Source: Stramenopiles sp. TOSAG23-6 (taxonomy: Eukaryota). Taken from it: a stretch of 35,501 nt of DNA. Below, one piece after another: positions 20,781 to 29,888 of the stretch (the first letter of the stretch is position 1; each line of letters opens with the position of its first letter). The notes beneath the pieces were generated by a model that saw nothing but the letters and a program-made list of their open reading frames with translations, did not search any database and was not told where the DNA came from. The translations under genes and the position numbers were made by a program. Location: NCBI GenBank assembly GCA_900128565.1, contig LT635943.1:1-35501 (forward strand), given 5' to 3'.

Positions 20781-22043
20781 ATGTTTTCAGGAAAGTCAAG
20801 CCGCCAGAATGGTAGTCGTAGGCATAGATTTAAAAAAGAGCAGCGACGTTTACAAGAAAAGAATAAGTTAATTGACGCAGAAAATGCCACTAAACGAGAA
20901 AAGAGGCTGGTGAAAAGGAAAAAGTTGTCTGATAAAACAAAGAAAACAAATCTCAATGTGGAGTTTGTTGTCGCTGCAATAGAAAAACTTGATGAACGGA
21001 AAGGTTCTTCTTTTGGGGCTATTTCAAACAAATTAATTAAAGGAGGGTTCATGGTAAACAACCCTACAATGATTCGTCGTGCTGTACAAAAAGGTGTTGG
21101 AGTAGGTCGCCTTATTAAAGAAGGCGCTCGCTTTAAAGTTAACCCTAATTCAAAACCATTATTTAAAGATGAAAGCCCAGCAGATATTCACGAAGATGTT
21201 GTGCGGACGAATATGCGTTCACGCCTCGTGTTTTCTGGGAATCGTTTTAGAGTAGATGATAGAATTGAAGCTCGTTACAACGGTGACGATGAGTGGTATA
21301 CTGGTTTTATAGCAGCAGTGAGAAGTGACTTTACATATGACATAGCATATGATGATGGTGATATGNAGGAAAGAGTCCCACCTGAATTTGTTAGAATCGA
21401 AAAAAAATTAAGTTGTACTAGTCCTTCAGCTGTTGACAGTCAAAACGAAAATCGTTTGAAAAGTTCAAACCTAAATAGCCCTCAAGTATTTTCAGATGCC
21501 TATGTTGAGAAGGATATGTTGACGTCTTCTAGTACTAGTCCAAATTCAATGAATTTTGAATCAAACATTAAAGAGGAGAAGAAACGATGTTCAATGAAAA
21601 GAGTCCAATTTGAAATAAATGATGAAATAAATGATGAATCCAATGAACCCTCCAAAAAAAAATCGTCTATTTTGTTAGGTACAAAAAACAAAAATATTGA
21701 CCTGATGCAAACAAAAGGTTTTAAGATCAAAGACTTAATTATTGGTTCAAGTAAAAGTGAAGCTATTAGTGGTAGTAAAATTACAGTTTCATACAAAGGA
21801 AAATTACGTCATACAGGAAAAATATTTGATCAATCTAAAAGTTTTTCATTTACAATTGATGATGGTAATGTTATTAAAGGTTGGGATATAGGTATACTTG
21901 GGATGCGTATTGGAGGTAAACGTAGATTGACAATTCCATCAAGTTTAGCCTATGGTACCACGGGGTCACCTGGAGGCGTTGTTCCACCTAATTCAACATT
22001 AATATTTATAGTCAAATTAATTGGTATTGATACAATTGTTTGA
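20781..22043 (+). CDS. FKBP-type PPIase with N-terminal linker-histone H1/H5-like and Tudor/Agenet-like domains
   Basis: H15-like VVAAIEKLDERKGSSFGAI...RRAVQKGVGVGRLIKEGARFKV; Tudor-like FRVDDRIEARY...WYTGFIAAV...TYDIAYDDGD; FKBP VSYKGKL...FDQS...VIKGWDIGILGMRIGGKRRLTIPSSLAYG...VPPNSTLIFIVKL. Confidence 0.85.
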   Translation: MFSGKSSRQNGSRRHRFKKEQRRLQEKNKLIDAENATKREKRLVKRKKLSDKTKKTNLNVEFVVAAIEKLDERKGSSFGAISNKLIKGGFMVNNPTMIRRAVQKGVGVGRLIKEGARFKVNPNSKPLFKDESPADIHEDVVRTNMRSRLVFSGNRFRVDDRIEARYNGDDEWYTGFIAAVRSDFTYDIAYDDGDMXERVPPEFVRIEKKLSCTSPSAVDSQNENRLKSSNLNSPQVFSDAYVEKDMLTSSSTSPNSMNFESNIKEEKKRCSMKRVQFEINDEINDESNEPSKKKSSILLGTKNKNIDLMQTKGFKIKDLIIGSSKSEAISGSKITVSYKGKLRHTGKIFDQSKSFSFTIDDGNVIKGWDIGILGMRIGGKRRLTIPSSLAYGTTGSPGGVVPPNSTLIFIVKLIGIDTIV

Positions 22044-22160
22044 AATTAAAAAGTATATAAATTCAATTTGTCATATAGTCATATATATATATATATAGTG
22101 AATAAATTGTTTGAATGATGATGAATGTTTTATTTTTATTACATTTTGAATGGTTATCTA

Positions 22161-22176
22161 GCTAGGGTTAGGGTTT
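22161..22176 (+). promoter_or_regulatory. Telomere-repeat-like motif GCTAGGGTTAGGGTTT
   Basis: Matches 18216-18231 (minus strand); followed by degenerate GTAGGGTAGGG; about 170 nt upstream of the ATG at 22344. Confidence 0.5.
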
Positions 22177-22343
22177 CCTAGTAGGGTAGGGTCATTTTTG
22201 AGATTGACTTGACATCTGAACGTTACACAAATTTTATGTCAAAATATATATCACGTTGTGAAACACTTGACGGTACCTTCCGCTACAAATCTTGGTAAAG
22301 AGCAGCATTCAACACAGTTAAAGCTAAAGTATTTTTCAATACA

Positions 22344-23051
22344 ATGTATAGCTCAAAGCTTCCTCATTCAAAAGCTGATATGATGCATAACTTTGGAGTG
22401 AAAACAGGTTATTTACATCAAGGCGATAAATATGTCGACTCTCAAGTTGAAAAGAATGAACGTTGGGGTGGCAAACAGTTTAAGGTATTACAACAACCAC
22501 AGCCATTCAGCAAATTCATCTCATTAAATCGTGTTCCTGGTGAGACGTATAGTTCCGATCCTTATTTCAAGCCCAATCCATCGCATAAGTATACTAAAGC
22601 TCCCGCTTTTGGCAGTGGAGATGCTGCGAAGCGTGACGAGTATTCTAATGAGCTCGCTGTTATTGGACTTCGTGAAAAAATAAGAAAAGAAAATAAGCGT
22701 ATGGCTTATCAAGGGTATAACCGTGAATTACAGGCTAAACTTGCCGGGGATATGGTGTTAAGTCCTCAAGAAAAAACCAAAAGGATTCTTGCAGGGCAAC
22801 ATAAAAGTTTGTTTGATTCTGTGAGCGAAGAGGGTAATCAAGACCGTTTTGCAGGAAAAAACAAGATAGATGTTGGAAAAAAGAAATCTGTACACACATT
22901 AAATCACGGACCGCATTGGACAACAAACAGTGAAATTGGTGAAACGGCTCATAATCGCACTGATACAATGGTTAGGACGGATACTCACGCGACACCACAT
23001 GCAACAAAAGAATTTTATGATACAATCTCAAATGAAGGTTATGACGCTTAA
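22344..23051 (+). CDS. Conserved-looking hypothetical protein, possibly flagellum-associated, 235 aa
   Basis: Clean ATG ORF. GYLHQGDKY...GKQF and FGSGDAAKRDEYSN resemble motifs of ciliary proteins (weak recognition). Confidence 0.6.
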   Translation: MYSSKLPHSKADMMHNFGVKTGYLHQGDKYVDSQVEKNERWGGKQFKVLQQPQPFSKFISLNRVPGETYSSDPYFKPNPSHKYTKAPAFGSGDAAKRDEYSNELAVIGLREKIRKENKRMAYQGYNRELQAKLAGDMVLSPQEKTKRILAGQHKSLFDSVSEEGNQDRFAGKNKIDVGKKKSVHTLNHGPHWTTNSEIGETAHNRTDTMVRTDTHATPHATKEFYDTISNEGYDA

Positions 23052-23300
23052 TTAAAAATTGACGGAAATAATGTATGATACAATCTAAGGTGAAGCATAT
23101 TGGGACGTTTCATAATGACATTGATCGGAAATATTTTTATTTATTATCACGTGATTGTCTCAATGTAATGTAATCATTTATGTAACAATTTATTTTTCTT
23201 TGCAACTCAAAATAAAAGAAGAATTAGTAAATTTCTTTTTATTTTTTGTCTCTATTCAATTGATCAGTATATATACAAAATAGCCAAGTAATTACATAAT

Positions 23301-24011
23301 TTATAAAGCACGATAGGAAAGTATCATAGACCAAAGAACTCCTGCAGTGTTACTTGCAAGAGGTCTCAGTTTGTGCGGAACATTTTGGAAAACAACGAAC
23401 ATCACAGGGACCCAAAATTTCCATCCTGTGACGAGAACATTCCAGAAAAGAAGCAAAGCTCTCTTATGTGACTTTTTACAAGAAGAAACGACTTCTTTGT
23501 TGAGCATAGAAATAAAACTTGAAGTATCACTTTCGCTCAATGTAATTATGTTCTTATATTTACTATACAGAGTAAGTCTTGAAACTATTCGATTGAAAAA
23601 TGAAACATAGAACAAAAGTATATAAGTAAAAGGTCCAGAAAATAAAGTACGGTCTAATATCGTTCTCACAATTAGGTTTTGTGGTCCATAAAAACGCAGA
23701 AACTCCAACCAGAAATGAACTAATGGTCCTGTAAACAACATACCGTGACTTGCCATTGCTGATACACTAACCCAATTCACACTATTTCGCCATTTGATGT
23801 GTGGTATTTTTCTTGATTTACGCATAGTTTGCTGCAGTATTTGCCCCAAAATACTTCCTAATGCTGCTGTACAACCAGCCGTCAGACTTTTTACCAACAA
23901 TGGGTATTGCTTCAAAAACCTCATATATACTTCCTCCGTACACTTGAAAAAATTTGGCAGGTCACTTTCCTCCTCCTGAGTATTATTTCCATCACGGCTT
24001 GTTTCATCCAT
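23301..24011 (-). CDS. Mpv17/PMP22 family membrane protein (PXMP2-like)
   Basis: Motifs YPLLVKSLTAG, GMLFTGPLVHFW, ILDRTLFSGP, GWKFWVP...QNVPHKLRPL...LWSMILS. Confidence 0.85.
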   Translation of the reverse strand: MDETSRDGNNTQEEESDLPNFFKCTEEVYMRFLKQYPLLVKSLTAGCTAALGSILGQILQQTMRKSRKIPHIKWRNSVNWVSVSAMASHGMLFTGPLVHFWLEFLRFYGPQNLIVRTILDRTLFSGPFTYILLFYVSFFNRIVSRLTLYSKYKNIITLSESDTSSFISMLNKEVVSSCKKSHKRALLLFWNVLVTGWKFWVPVMFVVFQNVPHKLRPLASNTAGVLWSMILSYRAL

Positions 24012-24594
24012 GCTGTATTTTTAATGAAAGCTTATTGTTTGAGTAGGCATGACGTGGTTACTCAATTTCCGAAGATCTCTGGTATCAATCTTTAATGTTG
24101 AGATAGTGTTGGTGATCAGTGTTGGTTTTCTTTTATTGCTGTGTTGATTTAGATTGTAAAATAATTATTGTTCATGTTCTAACATGTGTGGCTGTCATAT
24201 TCTAAGTCAAAACCCCAACCCTACATCCAATAATTCTGGTACTAGTTTTTTGTAGCTGGTTCCTACGTTAAACAAAGCTAGCTGGTTCCCTGATCTTAAG
24301 ATTAGTACACACGAGTTGTGATATTCACCCCACCCACCACCACCACCTTCTTTAATGAATTATGGTACACTTTAGATGCCTTTTTATATTAAATTTTAGC
24401 AAAGCTACCTGATGTTTCGATAACATGCAACGTTGAGTTATTAAAATATTGGCACAATTCGTCAACAGCACCTATTTTATTTCGAAAAATCAAAAAATAA
24501 TTAATAAAAAGAATGATTTTTTATAATATTTTCAACATCAAATAGTATGATTATTCCCTATATTTGAGTATAAATGAAGTGCTTGAGTTTGACA

Positions 24595-25323
24595 TTACAT
24601 TGTCGATTCTTTGGTAACAAAGCATGGGGAAAATAATTTTGAAAATAGATTTTTTCTTTTTTGTCCTGACGTCATACTGTGGCGGCTTTGGGATATACGC
24701 GCGGCTTGTTTTTGTAAGAGATAATGTATCTTTGCTTCTTCTTTAGCTGCTTGTATAGCAAGAAGTCCTTCACCAATAAAAGCTAGCTGAAAAGCAGATA
24801 ATTTTTCTCCTGATGTAAATGCCTTTTTCCACTGTTGAGAAAGTAGTTCAACATGAACATCATTAATATCTTTTCGATGCAATTCATAATTTTTCGCACC
24901 ACAAAGAAGAGGATGTCTAAGGACATTTGCGAATTCCATTGCATGGTTTCTTCGATGAACTGCTGCATTAAGAATTGGATGAGATAAGGTAGGCAAAAGT
25001 TTCACTTTGTGATCTTGTTTCTCTTCCCTTGAACGTTTAAAATTATCAGCTGAAAAAGGAACTTTTTCATGAACACGTTGCATAGCACTCATATGACGAC
25101 GACGATAAGATGTTCGTTTGCACAAAGACATATATGATTTGGGGACTTCTTCGTGTACAAAACGAAGGGTTGTTGCGTGAGCACTTCTGGCAGCTGCAAC
25201 GGCTTCGTCATTTTTTCTCTTTTTCTCTTTTTTTGCACTTTTTGTTTGAATTAGATTTGATGAAAGCTTCTTAACCATTTTACGGAATACACCTTTTTTT
25301 TTTGAAACGTGTGGTGAACCCAT
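24595..25323 (-). CDS. Hypothetical basic protein, 242 aa
   Basis: ATG-initiated 729-nt ORF flanked by AT-rich spacers; no recognisable domain. Confidence 0.55.
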   Translation of the reverse strand: MGSPHVSKKKGVFRKMVKKLSSNLIQTKSAKKEKKRKNDEAVAAARSAHATTLRFVHEEVPKSYMSLCKRTSYRRRHMSAMQRVHEKVPFSADNFKRSREEKQDHKVKLLPTLSHPILNAAVHRRNHAMEFANVLRHPLLCGAKNYELHRKDINDVHVELLSQQWKKAFTSGEKLSAFQLAFIGEGLLAIQAAKEEAKIHYLLQKQAARISQSRHSMTSGQKRKNLFSKLFSPCFVTKESTM

Positions 25324-25668
25324 ATTGGTATGTGCTGTTCGAAAAGGTCACGAATAATGTATATTATACGTAAATGATCTCGATAAGAAAGGGATATATC
25401 GCTCTCTCTCTCTCAAGGTAATAAAGATCTCTCTCTCCTTGTCAAGCAAAGCTGAGGAGGATTCTTCTTCAAGATTTCAAAAAATTCGTCAGCTGCGTTT
25501 TTGGCGCGCAAACCTGTTTTTCTTATAAAGAGTCAGAGAAGCGGAGAGACATGACCGACTCCACTCCACTACCTATTATTTCATAATAACTCCTACAAGC
25601 TAATAATTACAAGGTTACTGCTTTCATTCTCCGTTCAAGATTTTGTAGAATAGCTGTTTTTCTCTAGT

Positions 25669-27171
25669 ATGGTAAACACAGTATATAGTGTATCTGAGAA
25701 CGATAATGGTCTAATGTTAGGTTGGCGAAGTAGTAGTGACGAATCAGACGAGAGTGACACAGATATTTGTGAATCATCGACAGATTCGGGAGTATCTGAT
25801 CTTCTAAAGGATGCAACTTTATTACAAGAAAATGCGCTTACTCAAGAATGTCTTGACAATGTAGAAAAAAAACTGAAGTCGGCATTACATGCAGCAAGCA
25901 TGTCTTTGGATCCATCGTGTTATGCTGGTGTAAGAGACAGATTGACACTACTATTATGCCAGCAAGGTGAGAGTCGTACGGAAGATGCATTACGTTTGTT
26001 GCGTTCGGGAGGTTATTTATATAGGTTATCACGAGGAGTTTTACATTACAAAGAAGCTTCTCAAGTAGAAAGTGAAAGAATGATCAAAACCTGTGCAGAT
26101 GATTCTCTACAAGAACAGTGTTCAAAAGATGAAGTCCAATATCAAAACTTTATAACTGTGCTGGATAATGCAATACCAAGTAAAATGTTTCGTGTAGTTC
26201 AAGAGGCATTTGCACCGACTTCTCTATTTTGGGAGGCACATAACTATGGTTCAGATAATCAAGGTTATTTTTCATATCTTCATCCGCTACAGCCAATTTT
26301 AACTGCAACAAAAAATGCAAATTCTAATATGCCTATACTTGAACAACTCATTTCTCATATATATAGTCTTGCAGTTATTCGTTTTCCACAACTCAAAAAT
26401 GCAAATTTTGCAGAGTGGTGGGCCCATTGCCGACCTCACTGTTCTGGTCATCAAATGCACTATGATTCAGATGCAGAAGGGGAATCTACTGGAACTGGCC
26501 CGCGACATCCAATACTATCTACTGTTTTATATCTCACTGATACTGTCGGTGGACCCACATTAGTCACAACACAAGACCGAAGAGGGAGTACACCTGAAAC
26601 ACTTGCATCACATGGTTGGATGAGTTACCCAAAGATAAATAGATTAAGTATGTTTGATGGTGGAGTTTTACATGGAGTGATTCCAGGCCGAGGTCTCCCT
26701 ACAAAACCAAATATAAAGGACAATAAAGAAAACGGTCAAAATGTAAAGTCTCCGAGAAGAATTACACTAATGATTGCATTTTGGAAAGACATTAAATCTC
26801 GACCTCGCCCATCAGATGGTACATTTGGTGCAAGTATGTTGTTTCCTAAAGTATCAAAATTAGATGACTATGATACAAATAAGTCAATGCCGTGTACCAA
26901 AACAATTGAGAAATGGTTGAAATCTTCGGCGACTTGTGTTCCTTTATTACAAAATGATATAATGAATGGTGATAGTACCATTGCTCAGGAAATAAGGCCT
27001 CCATTAATTTGTCCGGTTTGGGAACGTGTTGAAGAAATTTCACTGAATCAACTTGAAAAATCCCATCAAAGTAATGTAGATAAATCAAAGAAGACAATGC
27101 ATGTGAATATACCAAAAGTGAGTGATCTTAAACAGCTTCCCAGTTATCATTTATGTTTTCAAGGATTTTAA
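25669..27171 (+). CDS. 2OG-Fe(II) oxygenase-like protein, 500 aa
   Basis: EWWAH...HQMHYDSD (HxD)...STVLYL...GGPT...NRLSMFDGGVLHGV...RRITLMIAFW: facial triad plus distal Arg. Confidence 0.7.
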   Translation: MVNTVYSVSENDNGLMLGWRSSSDESDESDTDICESSTDSGVSDLLKDATLLQENALTQECLDNVEKKLKSALHAASMSLDPSCYAGVRDRLTLLLCQQGESRTEDALRLLRSGGYLYRLSRGVLHYKEASQVESERMIKTCADDSLQEQCSKDEVQYQNFITVLDNAIPSKMFRVVQEAFAPTSLFWEAHNYGSDNQGYFSYLHPLQPILTATKNANSNMPILEQLISHIYSLAVIRFPQLKNANFAEWWAHCRPHCSGHQMHYDSDAEGESTGTGPRHPILSTVLYLTDTVGGPTLVTTQDRRGSTPETLASHGWMSYPKINRLSMFDGGVLHGVIPGRGLPTKPNIKDNKENGQNVKSPRRITLMIAFWKDIKSRPRPSDGTFGASMLFPKVSKLDDYDTNKSMPCTKTIEKWLKSSATCVPLLQNDIMNGDSTIAQEIRPPLICPVWERVEEISLNQLEKSHQSNVDKSKKTMHVNIPKVSDLKQLPSYHLCFQGF

Positions 27172-27353
27172 TTATTTTTTATAAGGCTGTAAATAAAAGT
27201 ATGTTATCACTTATAAAAGAAGTATATTTTCAAAATATACTATAGACAGTACTTTTATTTGCAGATGGTACATTTATGGCATATACTTGAGTGAGAAGAG
27301 TACATATCAGTTGATATAAAATACTTTTATTCATTTTAATAATATGTTATTTA

Positions 27354-27821
27354 TCATCGCGGTAGCTTTTCATTGGCTCTTATTGGTACAATCAAATGCA
27401 ACCGAGTAAACTGCCATAATGATAGCCCTGAGATTATTATGAATATGAGTCCGAAAACAACTCTATAAACAAATCCAGTATCTTTTTCAACATCTCCAAG
27501 TTCTTCTATTTGTTTTTCCACACTTTTTGTTGCAGGACCACGAGGACAAGAGACTATGAATAAAATAACAACTAAAAGAATACTGCTTCCAATCGAACAG
27601 AAATAACAAAACTGGCGATGTAGTATTCCCCAAAGAGTAACACCGACACAACCAAGTAGAAATAATAATATGACAAAGACTCCAACACCAACACCAAGTG
27701 GACGTGGACCTGTAATTGCATCGTCCTCAGCTGCAAGAACTCTATAACAACTAAGCATCAAAAGGAAACTCAAATATGAATACATTTTATGTGTTGAAGT
27801 TGAATAGAATTTTGATTTCAT
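27354..27821 (-). CDS. TMEM218: TMEM218-like ciliary transition-zone membrane protein
   Basis: LGVGVGVFVILLF, three TM helices, PR motif after TM2, D..FVYRVV and C-terminal PIRA match the TMEM218 pattern. Start may be a downstream ATG. Confidence 0.6.
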   Translation of the reverse strand: MKSKFYSTSTHKMYSYLSFLLMLSCYRVLAAEDDAITGPRPLGVGVGVFVILLFLLGCVGVTLWGILHRQFCYFCSIGSSILLVVILFIVSCPRGPATKSVEKQIEELGDVEKDTGFVYRVVFGLIFIIISGLSLWQFTRLHLIVPIRANEKLPR

Positions 27822-27910
27822 TTTTATCTACGTTGTAGGGAAAACCTACGACCACTGTCAGTTTTATAGAATGAAACAAACAACCGTTACTTGCAAGAAA
27901 CGCTTAGTAC

Positions 27911-27920
27911 GTTACCCGGT
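27911..27920 (+). promoter_or_regulatory. GTTACCCGGT intergenic motif (Reb1-like), copy 3
   Basis: In the divergent promoter between the TMEM218-like gene and COX10. Confidence 0.5.
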
Positions 27921-28050
27921 CCACCGCCAACCGGATTGCAAATTGACAAGCACGTGTTGCGAAACACATACAAAACAACTTTGGTTTTTTAGCTATCATT
28001 CATTGTAGTTATTACGGTAGAGCTACAAGGACTGGTAGTATTATAATAAA

Positions 28051-29580
28051 ATGTCACATATATACGTTTCTAGTTTGATGTGTGCGATGAAACAGTCAAT
28101 AAGACCCGTTTGTCGAGCAACTTATATGAACAAAGCATTGCATCCGGGGCATAGAAAAGTGGTGATACGTTCCTTCCCAACAACGTATTCAGCGTCGTGT
28201 ATGAGTTCTTCATCTCGAGTGGTATCATCACAAGTAGTCTCTCCTAGTGTTACGACAGCTGATTCTTCTGCTGTAACTAGGCAAACTCCGCTGTCTGCTA
28301 AACGTGAAAGTATAGGTACATGGATTGGTATTTATAAAGAACTTTCGAAGCCCACACTTAGCTCACTCGTTGTTGGTTCAACTTCTGCTGGTTATTTAAT
28401 GGCCGGTGGTCCTATTAATGCTACTGCACTTGCAGCGGTATGTGTTGGTACTACTCTCCAAGCTTGGAGTGCAAATACATTTAATCAGGTTTGGGAAGTA
28501 AAAAATGATGCATTAATGAAACGAACTGCTCGTCGTCCTATGCCGACGGGTAGGATAAGTGCAGCTCACGCCTTGACGTGGGGTTGTTCATCAGGTATAG
28601 TAGGTACTGGCATTCTTCTTGCTGGTTGTAATCCACTGACAGCTAGTATAGGTGCCCTAAATATTGCATTGTATACTCTCATATATACTCCAATGAAAAC
28701 AAGAAGTAGATGGAATACTTGGGCTGGGTCAATTGTTGGTGCTTTACCTCCAGTGATGGGTTGGACTGCAGCTGGAGGTTCTTTACTCTCACCAGAACCA
28801 ATGCTTATTGGTACAACTTTATTTTTATGGCAGTTCCCTCATTTTTTTTCTCTTGCGTGGCGTTCACGATTGGATTATAAAGCCGGGGGGTATAAAATGG
28901 TCCCTGTAATGGACAAGTCTGGTCAGTGGACATCTTCTTTAATAGAACGATATATAATGTATATAGCACCTTTACCATTATTATCTAGTTACTTTGGTCT
29001 AACATCAGGAATGTTTGCAATTGAGAGTGTTGTTTTCAATGGATATTGGTTATGGATGGCACGAAAATTTTCAAAGAAGCGTACAAATAAGCATGCACAG
29101 CAGGTATTTCGTGCTTCATTGTGGTATCTTCCTGTGCTTTTAACACTTATGGTGTATCATTCGAGGAATTGGGATGAGACGAACAATTCAAAATCTAAAA
29201 GTCAAATGACAAATCTGATGGATAATGATATAAATAGTGCTTTTGATCTTAGCACAAAAGGTGCAAGAATTCGTGGCGATAAATTAGGTTTATGGGCAGA
29301 AGAAAAACTTGGTGAAATTAGATCTCAAGTATCTTCTTTATGTCCTCATGAGTGGATTGTGAATACTCCAGAAAATAATATAGAAAATACTAAAGATGTG
29401 AACAAACCTGTTATCATGAATGATTGTGTTGAAAATTCTAGTGGATTGCCCTTAGCTGACGATGATACTCCATTGACATCAACACCATCATCATTACTTA
29501 TTTCATTATGTCCTTCTGTGTTTTCGAAAACAATGAATAGTTTAGATGAAACTGTTACTGTTGTAGAAAAAAAGAAATAA
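28051..29580 (+). CDS. COX10: Protoheme IX farnesyltransferase (heme O synthase), mitochondrial
   Basis: Motifs ELSKP, ANTFNQVWEVKNDALMKRTARRPMPTGRIS, YTPMKT, NTWAGSIVGALPPVMGW, WQFPHFFSLAW, DYKAGGYKM. Confidence 0.95.
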   Translation: MSHIYVSSLMCAMKQSIRPVCRATYMNKALHPGHRKVVIRSFPTTYSASCMSSSSRVVSSQVVSPSVTTADSSAVTRQTPLSAKRESIGTWIGIYKELSKPTLSSLVVGSTSAGYLMAGGPINATALAAVCVGTTLQAWSANTFNQVWEVKNDALMKRTARRPMPTGRISAAHALTWGCSSGIVGTGILLAGCNPLTASIGALNIALYTLIYTPMKTRSRWNTWAGSIVGALPPVMGWTAAGGSLLSPEPMLIGTTLFLWQFPHFFSLAWRSRLDYKAGGYKMVPVMDKSGQWTSSLIERYIMYIAPLPLLSSYFGLTSGMFAIESVVFNGYWLWMARKFSKKRTNKHAQQVFRASLWYLPVLLTLMVYHSRNWDETNNSKSKSQMTNLMDNDINSAFDLSTKGARIRGDKLGLWAEEKLGEIRSQVSSLCPHEWIVNTPENNIENTKDVNKPVIMNDCVENSSGLPLADDDTPLTSTPSSLLISLCPSVFSKTMNSLDETVTVVEKKK

Positions 29581-29888
29581 ATTGAATAATTTGTTGAAAG
29601 AAAACAATTTTAGAAAATATTATAAAAATCAAAGATAAAAAATCCATTTTTTTTGTTATTTTTGTTAAATTTGATTTCGATGGATTTCGTGATATGAATC
29701 ATATGATATCGATATATCGATATTATAATATCAATCAATAATTTTGGCGCCGAATTTTTTTTTTGATTCCTCGTTTTTTGGAATGTCGAGAATGGTTCGT
29801 GGACAAAAGAGAGAAGTGAGAGAGATACAAAAGCTTCACACAAGTAAGAATCGTAACTTTCTGAAGAAACTTCAAATTAACAGTGAAA

